A stretch of DNA of 64,000 nucleotides from Amphiscolops sp. MND2022. Taxonomy: Eukaryota. The stretch covers positions 15,934,001 through 15,998,000 of the forward strand of contig OZ076420.1 in NCBI GenBank assembly GCA_964187785.1, given 5' to 3'. Every line of letters begins with the position of its first letter. Within the stretch, counting starts at the first letter, position 1. The notes beneath the pieces were generated by a model. The model was given only the letters and a program-made list of their open reading frames with translations, did no database searches and was not told where the DNA came from. Below, piece by piece: positions 12,501 to 21,568 of the stretch. The translations under genes were made by a program, and so were the position numbers.

Positions 12501-15500
12501 CACTTTCAAGGTCAGATTTTACTTCTTGAAAACTTACATGGCACGCATGAGATGGCATGCATGAGATGTCTGTCATGCATGGGTTAACATGCATGAGGCC
12601 ACAGCTATCTCTACCCTAATGAGTATGGCCCAATGAAATTAGACTGCGGACCTGATTGGCTAAGTTTTCACCACTTGTATTGATCCTGTGTATCAGATTC
12701 TTGCAAGAAATCTGCCTGTAAGAAAGTTAATGCATTCACTAGCAAGATCTTACAAGAATGTCTGCCAGAATCTTGCAAGATTTGTGTTTTTCCCAACCAG
12801 AAAGGTCAATATATTTTAACATCCGAATAACGTTGGCAGCTTCTAACACAAAAGTATGATTGTAGTTACTAGAAGAGTAGAAAAAGTACAAATAGTGTAC
12901 AAATCAACGTATTGTTCAAACAAAATATTTGTTTCCTCACACAATACAGGACAATATATTCATTACATTCATTGCTAGCCAGGAACAAAGTAAAAAATAT
13001 ATATTTTAAAATATATCTATATTATTTAAATGTATTTCTATACATATTTGCGAGTACTTTATATAATATTTTGCATATACATTAAACAAAGTTTTATAAC
13101 ACGCGGAGTGGTGTTTTTGTCTCAATGAAAAACAACTTGGCCTCAGACCCGATTTTGTTCATTTTTAGGTTCATCCCTCACGTCTGTCTCCCAAACATAG
13201 GCATCCAAACAGACGTCTTCCAGCAACCCCTGCCCCCTAAAAAGACACCCCAACACCACGTGACACCCTCGGGGCACCTCATTGCTCACCCCACACCTGT
13301 TACTGTCACCCACCAGGGGGCGACTATCAATGCTGTTGTTAGCACCCCGATGACCGAGGCGGCTCACAACCCCCCTCACGAACACAACGAGCACACACGC
13401 GTGATGGAATCGAACGATGCAAGAGCTGAACAAGTTAGTTGTTGGTTTGTTTCTAACACCAAAGGTGTGATCACTAACTTAGGGGGAGCATGGTGTAGTG
13501 TTTAGGGGATTGCTGCGCAGAATCGAATTATGTAGGATAGAAAAATTTACAAAATTATCTAGGATCGAATTGTGACCTGATTTCATCTAGGATCGAAAGA
13601 GGTGAAAATTTCATTTATGATTATACCATTGCTATATTGCCAGGTAAAGTTCGATCCTAAATAATTCGACAAGAAAATTTCACGTGCAACTTTTGATTCT
13701 AAATAATTCGACTCTGGAGAGGCAACTCGTGGTTAGAGCATTCGGCTTGTGCTGGGGCGGTATCGGGTTCGAATCCCTCTCAACTCACGATTGTTGGGCG
13801 GTCCTTAAGCAGGTCCCTCATCCCTAGCCTAGTGCGATGGTCAGTGACAAAACATAACCCATTTGGCGAAAAAAGCAAAATAAAAAGAGCAAAGCAACGG
13901 TGAGCAGTCAGACATTTGTGATCTTTAGCAAGTCACTTTGAAACCACAGCTTCAAGCCGACTATTGCTTGACCATTTGACTGCAAATATGGTACCATAGC
14001 TTGCTATGGAGAGAGAGTATCCGATTTAGAGCGACGAAAAGGAGAACAACTTATTTGCTGTCCACCTCGCGGAATTGGGGAAATAAGTTTATTGGTTTGT
14101 ATCTATCAGAGGTGCGATCGCTATTTATTTTATCACTAACATCGCTAATGGGTCGATTTCAAAGCTATCGGTACATCAAAATTGGTTCGGTATTCGCTGA
14201 CGCTAATCGCTAAAAACATACTTATTTACCTTTCAGAAGATTATTTTACAGTGGTGAAATAAAGATCGAATCAAGCTAAAAAGTTTGTCAGCCTAAATGT
14301 TTTGTTGTTGTGTGGGTTTAAAACATGTACAAAACGTAATTACATTACTTCTAACATGGTTTTGCTCGCTCTTGTCCTTAGGACACAAAATAAACCACGC
14401 CGAAAAACACGCCATGCGTGAAAAGCAGTGATTCGAAAACCAGTGATTTGTTTATTCCTTCAAAGATGCAGGCATTTACAGATATCCCAAACTACGGATG
14501 TCCACAAAAGTTTAGTAGGCCGAATTGTTCGACATTTTAAGTCAACAGGCACGAGTGTTAGAAACATGATTCCCGGGCCACCTCCCAAAAATAGTCATCG
14601 AGGGTGGTCTAGTTTATCCCACCTGGCCCGGGATTTATACTCGAATGAGCAGCAGAAAAATCGAATTGGACTTATGGTCATCTGTATACTGCATCTCGGA
14701 TGCGTTGGGGGCCAGCATCTACTCCCAATGAGGGGGGGGGGGCTTTTTCTGCAACAAGACAACGCGCCTACTCATCTATCGCTCACAGAAAAGTCTTGTC
14801 TTACTCGAAGAAGAGGGAATTTTGACCATACCCTGTTAGGCAGCGATGTTTCGTGATATACGTGATATCAATATTATAGAGAACATTTGGAAGGTGGTCA
14901 AACACTGTTCACAAAAGGCTTCTATCGACACTTTGGGTGAGTTTTGGACATCCATCGAAAAAAGGTTTTATGGGCTATCTGATGACTACTGGAACTTTTC
15001 CAGTCTGTACCCCGACACCTGAAAGCTGTTTTGAAGAGTCGTGGATATCCGACAAAATAATAGCCAAACTGAGAATAACGCCTTTGAGTTTTAGCTAAAA
15101 GTTGTTTTATAATTGAGAATTGTTTTAAGAACACTGAATTTTCTTTCGGTTCGATCTTTCTTTTCAGTACTGTAAAAGTTACATCTTTTGAATTGTTTGG
15201 GCGAAGTCTAGTTTGCCTTGGGTTCTGCTCATTGCCGGCCGCAATGAATAACCGAATAACCGTTCGACCGAAGCTGTACTGGCTAAGGCAGTCAAAACTT
15301 TCTGAATCAAATTGTCAATAAAAATAAAAGCCAAGCCATAGCCAATATGATGTGTCAATTTATTCGCATTAAACATTTGCATTCGCTAATTTTTCATTCT
15401 TATTAGTGGATAAAAAATTTGTCGTTAACTAAACGCCTTAATTTGTCCGTAACTATCGCCATCGCTAATTCATGCTGTATTGTCGTTAACGCTACAGCTG

Positions 15501-15956
15501 TCGCTACCGCTATCGTTACCGCTATCGCTACCGCTATTGCTGTCAGAACTCTGGTTTCTGCAGCTGAAGCGGTGTTTCTAAAACAGAGAAAAATGGAAAA
15601 ACTCGAATGAGGAATTTCAGTTTAGTTCTAAGTGTGATTTGTGTTTGCTATCCATATTAGTTTTAAAATCTTTGAATAGCAGTCACTGCAAGCCATCGAA
15701 AACTTTTTTTCTTTGTTCTATGAAATTGTGTTTTCCGGTTCCTTAGTAGTTTCTATTAAACAGAGTCAAAGTCCTTAAGAGAATGAAAGATTTTTGTAAA
15801 AACCAGTTTTCAACACTCAATGAAGCATATACAATTTTTCAGGTTGTGGAAAACAGCACTCTAGAACCCACGAAAAATCCTTACGGAACACCGAGTCTTA
15901 CTCCGACCAATCACATGCCACAAGAACAACCGGCACTCTACGTTGAAACTCAATGA
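525..15956 (+). CDS. Multi-exon gene for a group B bHLH-leucine-zipper transcription factor of the Myc/Max/Mlx network; 5' end may lie upstream of the window
   Basis: Hand-built exons: 525-599, 1356-1507, 1925-2075, 2515-2701, 6467-6672, 8377-8512, 9350-9534, 11079-11168, 12374-12510, 13169-13433, 15843-15956 (TGA 15954-15956); 1698 nt in one frame. Seven introns are GT-AG with matching phases; three junctions (599/1356, 2075/2515, 11168/12374) are ambiguous. Domain reads HRVYERVRRTEIKKGYDTLENLIPFHLRSD|ILGKKKNFSTTDVLNCARDYIEELKSDEVQ|MENERQMWKNKLRKL, with the HxxxExxRR basic motif and an IKKGYDxL helix 1 like Mlx. The N-terminus is P/Q/H-rich and includes an NLS-like PPVKKKRVKK. Confidence 0.85.
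1037..1327. repeat. 89-bp inverted repeat (1037-1125 / 1239-1327) around a 113-bp spacer; MITE-like foldback
   Basis: Arms are reverse complements with one mismatch (AAACAAAGTAG vs AAACAAAATAG). Confidence 0.9.
4196..4540. repeat. Degenerate ~80-bp periodic repeat with a conserved palindrome ACGACTG-N5-7-CAGTCGT
   Basis: Palindromes start at 4196, 4281, 4362 and 4441, with a degenerate one near 4519; spacers are divergent but each contains GTACT. Confidence 0.75.
5290..5489. other. Assembly gap (200 N)
   Basis: Run of N; round length suggests a scaffolding placeholder. Confidence 0.99.
5502..5933. mobile_element. Foldback/Mutator-type MITE with arms built of 15-bp tandem repeats
   Basis: Left arm (GGACATTACGCCCAA)n, right arm (TTGGGCGTAATGTCC)n; flanked by 9-bp direct repeat CGTCGTAAG (5493-5501, 5934-5942). 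Confidence 0.8.
6075..6417. mobile_element. MITE-like element with ~30-bp imperfect terminal inverted repeats
   Basis: AGGAAAACTCGTCGAAAACAACTCGCC at left vs GGCGAGTTGCTTTTCGATGAGTTTTCCT at right; GTTCTACAG repeated near both ends. Confidence 0.6.
7818..8353. mobile_element. Interspersed non-autonomous repeat with internal ~135-bp modules, copy 2
   Basis: Homologous to 31-439 with extra internal modules (repeats of CTCCATACGATTCGA...CATTCTACACC...AAAATCGTATGACTG). Confidence 0.55.
8776..9195. mobile_element. hAT-superfamily MITE
   Basis: Termini CAGGGATGTAAAATATTGTATT / AATACAATACTTTTCCCATCCCTG (Ac-like CAGGGATG); perfect 8-bp target-site duplication CATGGAAC at 8768-8775 and 9196-9203. Confidence 0.85.
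9567..9728 (-). mobile_element. Truncated tRNA-derived SINE-like element with (CATT)n tail
   Basis: Minus strand starts GGGTGCCACTTGGCAGAGTGGTTAGCG (Pol III A-box) and ends in (TTCA)5; no clear B-box. Confidence 0.5.
10357..11010. repeat. Clusters of palindromic TTCCATGCATGGAA repeats (10357-10505, 10920-11010; related sequence at 8740-8775 and 9196-9310)
   Basis: 14-bp palindrome repeated with ~33-bp period. Confidence 0.8.
13520..13714. mobile_element. Small foldback MITE-like element
   Basis: AGAATCGAATTATGTAGGAT at left vs rc AGAGTCGAATTATTTAGAAT at right; internal AGGATCGAA / TTCGATCCT repeats. Confidence 0.5.
13717..13890 (+). mobile_element. tRNA-derived SINE-like element
   Basis: A-box-like TGGTTAGAGC and B-box GGTTCGAATCC (13766-13776) without a complete cloverleaf; A-rich tail. 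Confidence 0.45.
14249..15172 (+). mobile_element. Internally deleted, degenerate Tc1/mariner transposon
   Basis: TA target duplication on both sides; TIRs CAGTGGTGAAATAAAGATCGAA / TTCGATCTTTCTTTTCAGTACTG; transposase fragments ISQTTDVHKSLVGRIVRHFKSTG (HTH), LQQDNAPTH, DINIIENIWK, SVPRHLKAVLKSRGYPTK. Confidence 0.9.
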
Positions 15957-17169
15957 CGTCATATGACGTCAACTACTGCGAAATGACGCCGATCTCAGCC
16001 CGAACGACCAAGAAAACGACACAAGTGACGTTCATGGGTGAATGTTTTATGTACCTCCGGTTGGAATACACTTCATATCAATATGCCGTATTTCGGAAGA
16101 ACGGACAAACAATTTCAATGTGCAATTAGTTAGAGCCAACTAGCATGACCTCTTAGATTTCTTCCTCCAGTTTTTTCAAACATCGAAGTGCTTCTGTTTT
16201 TCCATCAAACGTGCGAGTAGTCGCTTAAACAAAAGACTGAGCAGTGAAGCCGAGAGGCCACATTTGAAGGTAGTCATGGCGAAACTTTGGAACAGATCAG
16301 TCAGAAAGAAACCAATAGTTAATTCCTTATCCAGAGAGCATGAACTTTGTACATGCTGCAGAAATGTTTGCAGGACAATTTTTCATAAAGGGTAGAAACA
16401 TTAGTGATATTCAAGTGGTTATTTTGTAAGATTGGGCAACATTTTCCACTCAGGAATTCATCGAATTTTTCACCGTTTCGCGTTGTTTACACACATAATT
16501 ATTTCAACTTCCCGTCTGATGTAATTACCGCCTTCCCAATAGCACCGAAGATGTCGCTAGTTTGCAGTCGACGCTTTTTGCAAGTTTAAATGACGCAAGT
16601 TATTGTGCTCTAAAATGGCGGTAAAATTGTTCGTCTCAGCTGCATTTGAAAATGAACTGATGCATAATGAAACCTGCATACTGTCGTGTGCGACTCCATA
16701 GAACTAACCAAAGCAATCCGGAAAGATTTATTACTTAATTTTGTTTTAAATTTCATTTAGTGAATTTTGTAACATGCGCAGTTTTATTTTATACTTTTTT
16801 ATTCTCCCCTCAGCTCTGAATTCTTAAGACGTTCGAGCCAGTTCACTCCTTTCCGTTGCGACACTATAGATATTCCGTATTTGGTGATACCTCATGACGT
16901 CAAATGACGTTATTTTCTCGTGGACGCAACGTCTACAAAATGCACAACCGAATACTTTCGTTTGTATGACCGACCTGACGTGATGCTCCGTAACCCGTTT
17001 CTCAGATGAAAGAGACAAATACAAACATAGAACAGCAGCTGAAGCCTGTGTTGGAGTGAGAGAAGAGCTAGTTAAAAATTTATATCATCAAGTCATTTTG
17101 GAGGCTATTCATTCTCCTTGAAAAAGTGACTCAATAGGTCCTAGACTTTGCTAAAATTTGTACACAATC

Positions 17170-18100
17170 CGAACAATATCTACAATCTCTAATGGGGAAC
17201 AACAAACATCCTCAAATAACTCTTGACAAAAGCACTCTGGGATACTCAGCGCTAGACATAATAGATTATGAACGACCAAAATACCGAATAAAAGTTTGTA
17301 TTAAATGGTTCGACTCGGTACTACCTGACCATTAGAACAAGTGATTCTTACAACGCTCGACATCACCCCACGGAGCAGACTTCAAAGATGAAATACGCAT
17401 CAATATCGGAACGAAGACACACTTTTCGAAAATCAAACTGCCAATGCCAATTGCATATCAGGATATACAAAATTAAGTGAAGGATTCGCCGAAACCATCA
17501 CAAACCACATCAATGGACTACTAGAATATTGTCAGAAAACAAACGACTTCATTGGATCAGTCATTCCTTTTGGACAATGATTCTAAACAATTCAAATACA
17601 ACTTTGTCACAAGAAACACTTTTTTGAGAGCCTTACTATGGCACTATGGGAAGCAGGCGCTTCTAAACAATTTTGACATACTAAAAATGCCTAAGATTTG
17701 GGTTGAGTGTTGAGCTAATCAAAAGTTTCTATCATCGAATCATTTTGGCATTCAAAATGAAAGAGACTCTCCGCTAAAACTTGGAGTATCCACATAGTCA
17801 ATGAAGACAATTTATTCAGTAAGTTCAAAAATTGTACCAACTACTTTAGCCACGTGAGATTGGCAAGTAATTCAAGTCAAGTAGTCTAGAATTTGATCTT
17901 GGGACCAGTTGAGTCAAGCTGACGCAAGACATTATAGGTCCCGATTTGCCGAAAGAATCAGGAACAGCCAAGAACAACCAATGAAGATGCATCACAATGG
18001 AAGACTGCCCACAATCAGCGGACCAACAATTGCAACTGAATGAACAGAACATACAAACCGAGAGAAAGCTGAAAGTGCATGTGAGAAAGGAGGTACAGAA
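17170..18100 (+). pseudogene. Degenerate retroelement-like coding relic including an OARD1/Poa1p-like macrodomain fragment
   Basis: 17413-17580 reads EDTLFENQTANANCISGYTKLSEGFAETITNHINGLLEYCQKTNDFIGSVIPF, then after a frameshift WxNDSKQFKYNFVT; resembles macrodomain motifs HCISxDxxMxxGxA and YNLVT. Multiple stops and frameshifts. Confidence 0.45.
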
Positions 18101-18107
18101 ACGTTAA

Positions 18108-19771
18108 ACATTTCGACGATGAGAAGACGATCTAAACTGAAAATTGACTAAAAAAACTGTTTTTTTAAAACCATTCCTTTACAACTAAAATCATCGGACC
18201 GAAAGTACTTATATGCTTGAAAAGGGTACATATGGCACATCACGAGACTTGTGTGGCCCAGTGAGACTAAATGCACAACATTTCGACGACGAGAAAACGA
18301 TCAAAACTGAAATATACCTACAAAACCTGTTTTTTGGGTACCATTTCTGAAATACTGAGATCAACGGACCGAAAGTCTTTATATGGTTGAAAACGGTACA
18401 TATGGCACATCTGTGTACTAAAAGTGCAAATTTGGTAATCCGTCAAACACGAAAATACGTACACATCATCTTAAAAACGTATAGGGCTCAAATTTTTGGC
18501 TAAAACGGAGTATGACTAGACCCAACAGTAACGTTGTAGGCATTTTCAAGCTTTCCGAGTGAAAAACTAACTCAAACATAGCGAGTTTAGGTACTAAAAG
18601 TAGTTTTTTTTGGTAATCTGTCAAACTCGACACAGAGGCGAAGCCGTGCTTCGCAAACACTTGCAAAAAAGTTGGGAACTTTTGAAGAAAACCAAATAAG
18701 CAATATCATACGGAGAACCAAGGGTAAAAGGACATTGTTACAATTTTACAGCGCCAAAAAAAACCACGGGGATACGCATAAATCTCGAAAACCATTCCTC
18801 CCCAACTGGAAACAGCAAAAAACCCATCATTTTCAACCGAATACCTTTCAAAAATTAGAAAATTGAGGAAATTTTTTTTCGAAATTTTTCGAAAAAAATT
18901 TTTGGTCTCCGGTAAGTCGCATAGTGCCGAAAACCTTGAGCAGTCGTTTATGCTCGCAAAACGTTTCGTTTCTAGTAAAAATTGAGGGGGGCTTTGATGG
19001 AAACAAATTAGACAAAAAGAAAAAACACCGGTCTTTACAAAAAACAAAAATCGGATATAGAGTGTTGGGCCTGAGAAAACCTACATTTAAGACAAAAGTT
19101 ATTCATTTTCAAAAATCTCACAATGCCGAAAACTGTAAAAGGGGGCTCTTTGAGATTTTTAAACATCCATTCTTTTGCGAAATTTGAAAAAAAAATTGAA
19201 GGGGGACCCTTTGGAGACTTTGAAAAATTTTCAAAAAAACAAAAAAATGAAAATTTTTAACATCATCGTTCTGTTGCACATAAACAAAAAAATTGAAGGG
19301 AGGAACCTCTGGGGACATTTAAAAATTTTCGAAAATAAGTCTCAAAAAGCCGAAAAGGGGGGGGAGACTCCCCAGTCTTATTGTCAAAAAAAGTGAGAAT
19401 CTTCTGCTTGAAAAAATGTTAAAAAATTAGCGCATAGGCACGGGTTCGAACCCGGACCCTCTGGGTTGAAAAGCAAGCATCTTACCGCTAGACCAAAAAA
19501 GTCTGAATTATGCGACTTGCGGTCTGAAATGAGAGAGTTGTCGCGCGGAAAAAAACTTGCACTTTCCCATAACACTTGCTTATCGCAAGTGTAAAAAGAC
19601 GTACACATCACATTTAAAACGTATAGGGATCAAATTTTTGGCTATAGCCGAGTATAAATAGGCCCAACAGTAGTGTTTTAGGCAATTTCAAGCTTCCCGA
19701 GTGAAAAACTTACTCAAACATAGCGAATTTTGGTACTAAAAGTGTAGTTTTTTTGGTGACCTGTCAAACTC
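18108..19771. repeat. Satellite-like composite repeat with ~170-bp modules (present in all four units)
   Basis: 170-bp module ACATTTCGACGATGAGAAGACG...ACTAAATGCACA (extra copy in units 2 and 4); related ~170-bp direct repeats at ~18458-18628 and ~19600-19771. Confidence 0.75.
19430..19500 (-). pseudogene. tRNA-Glu(TTC)-like segment (SINE head or tRNA pseudogene); copies at 30219-30289, 40839-40909, 51661-51731
   Basis: Minus strand TGGTCTAGCGGTAAGATGCTTGCTTTTCAACCCAGAGGGTCCGGGTTCGAACCC resembles eukaryotic tRNA-Glu(TTC); A and B boxes present; acceptor stem does not pair. Confidence 0.6.
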
Positions 19772-19975
19772 TAAAAGACATACACATCAACTGAAAGTCT
19801 GGCTGATGCACTCACAACAGCCGTCAACGTTTTTACTTTCAAAGAAAAAATAAAACTTACAAAATCAAATAAACCTTGGTTTGACAAAGATCTAAAGAAA
19901 AGCATAATCCGACGAAATTTCGCGTTTAACAGATACAAGCGATATCGCACTCCGTCTAACAAAACTAAATACACA
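19772..19975 (+). mobile_element. LINE ORF2 fragment (endonuclease-RT linker, CR1/L2/Jockey-like); repeated in each unit
   Basis: Reads TESLADALTTAVNVFTFKEKIKLTKSNKPWFDKDLKKSIIRRNFAFNRYKR, matching the typical KPWxxxxLKxxIxxKN linker. Confidence 0.6.
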
Positions 19976-20555
19976 ACATCGATTCAAACCACACATACAC
20001 CTTACGCACACAACTTCACAACTGAGTTGAATCAGTGTTAGTTGGTTCGAACTAGGGCAATGGGGTGGTGATCTGATGTTCACATACATATCACAACACA
20101 ACACGCCACAACACAGTTCTGATCATCAACTCAAGAGATAGAGTTAATAGAGTAGTAGCAGTATGAGTTAGGTTAGTCACTACCACATTTCAGCTCAGCT
20201 GAGCGTTCTCGTTCGTTTTTCATTTGTCGACACTTTTCGCGGAATATGCATGTGCAAAATTAAACTCGGATGGATTTTCAGTAGTTTATTTTGAAATAGA
20301 TATCTAAACTCTTGCTAAAGTGGGAATATCTTTTAGATAACTTGATGTTCCTCAATCTTGTGAAGCCACAAGGAAGTTTAGTGACTGTTAACTGGGATGG
20401 CCAATTTGTTTCCGAAGACAATTATATTACTAACTATTGCTTTTCTGCAATTTTTAAAAAGGTTTGAATCTAAGCAGTTCTTCTACAGCGGTCAATACCT
20501 CACCGTTTGACAACTAAGCTTTCAAACTAAGCAGTTCTTCTACAGCGGTCAATAC

Positions 20556-20667
20556 TTCTTCTTCTTCTTATGGTAGTCAACCCGACGGGGTTCCCATCTG
20601 TTGTCCACAGCTCCTGAGATGTCTTCGGAGGTTTGTTGCAGCCTGCGGTACTTTACAAGAAGGGCAT
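20556..20667 (-). mobile_element. 112-bp 5'-truncated retroposon insertion with (GAA)n tail; repeated in each unit
   Basis: Flanked by 10-bp direct repeat CGGTCAATAC (20546-20555, 20668-20677); (TTC)n at the left end. Confidence 0.75.
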
Positions 20668-20853
20668 CGGTCAATACCTCACAGGAAAACAAACCTTCGT
20701 CATGTGCAATACTTTTATTACACGTATTACACTACGACTGTCATACTACGACAAAATACTATATACAATAGTACCAAAATATTCATAATTGATTCATGAA
20801 AAAAATATTCATAATATTCATAAAATGAAAAACAGGGAATACAATCAATGTTT

Positions 20854-20894
20854 ATTCTGAGCGCTTTCGCACAATATGTGCATCATCAGAGAAT
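20854..20894 (-). ncRNA. Minimal type I hammerhead ribozyme motif (unit 1, minus)
   Basis: AUUCU-CUGAUGA-U-GCACA-UAU-UGUGC-GAAA-GCGC-UC-AGAAU: 5-bp stem I, 5-bp stem II, palindromic stem III AGCGCU, CUC cleavage triplet. Confidence 0.75.
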
Positions 20895-21415
20895 CATATA
20901 ACCTGAAATGGTCGTCATCATTGCAAACCAGTTAAAACATAAATAAACAAACAACATAAAAAAGCAACAGAAATAGAACATGGCTATGTACTAATCTCGC
21001 CGATTTAAACCGGAACAGAGAAAAGTGTCGATCACAACTTCAGGGTGAGCTGCCGCTGCCTGTATTCTTCGCGTTGGTTCAACTTCGGTTGTCTTCTTGC
21101 GATATACAGGGTGTTGCGTAACAAATAAAATCTGAATGAAAAGCATGAGTCAGTTTTTTGATGTAGTAAAACAAACAAAGGTTGCTTTTTAAAATTGTTC
21201 CCGCAAACTGAGAATTGGTGAATGGATTTTTCGGCCAAACAATACAAAAAAGGGTTTGCTATCTTGAAACCTGATATATACATTGTTGATTGTATTATTG
21301 ACTACTCCCTTTCTTCTTGTTACGAACTGTATTAACCAATTGAATTTACAGTTTCTTTACAGGGCCTCAAGTGTTAGTAATCATTTCAATGATGACGACC
21401 ATTTCAGGTTATATG

Positions 21416-21456
21416 ATTCTCTGATGATGCACATATTGTGCGAAAGCGCTCAGAAT
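21416..21456 (+). ncRNA. Minimal type I hammerhead ribozyme motif (unit 1, plus)
   Basis: Same 41-nt motif in inverted orientation. Confidence 0.75.
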
Positions 21457-21568
21457 AAACATTGATTGTATTCCCTGTTTTTCATTCTGCGGGTATCAAT
21501 GTTACTACCAACATCACTTTGGAGGAAGATATTACTGCAAAGAGACATTTGGAATATTCATAAAAGAT

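Larger units (their letters stand above)
20770..21486 (-). mobile_element. Penelope-like element relic: GIY-YIG C-terminal remnant plus pseudo-LTR and an inverted pLTR copy; repeated in each unit
   Basis: Minus-strand LLRNTLYIARRQPKLNQRE (~21050-21120) resembles the PLE GIY-YIG tail; perfect 100-bp inverted repeat 20824-20923 / 21387-21486 containing hammerhead motifs, an arrangement typical of truncated PLEs. Confidence 0.7.

Noticed and set aside
1803-13690. CACGTG E-boxes as autoregulatory sites of the bHLH gene
   Set aside because: Few, scattered, partly inside repeats or exons; consistent with chance.
19430-19500. Functional tRNA-Glu gene
   Set aside because: Acceptor stem does not pair and the anticodon stem is imperfect.
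18672-19611. Lys/Phe-rich ORFs in the satellite-like region
   Set aside because: Products of homopolymer-rich non-coding repeats; frames change between units.
19990-20188. Solo LTR
   Set aside because: Only one TG/CA-type end is visible; no partner end, TSD or PBS.
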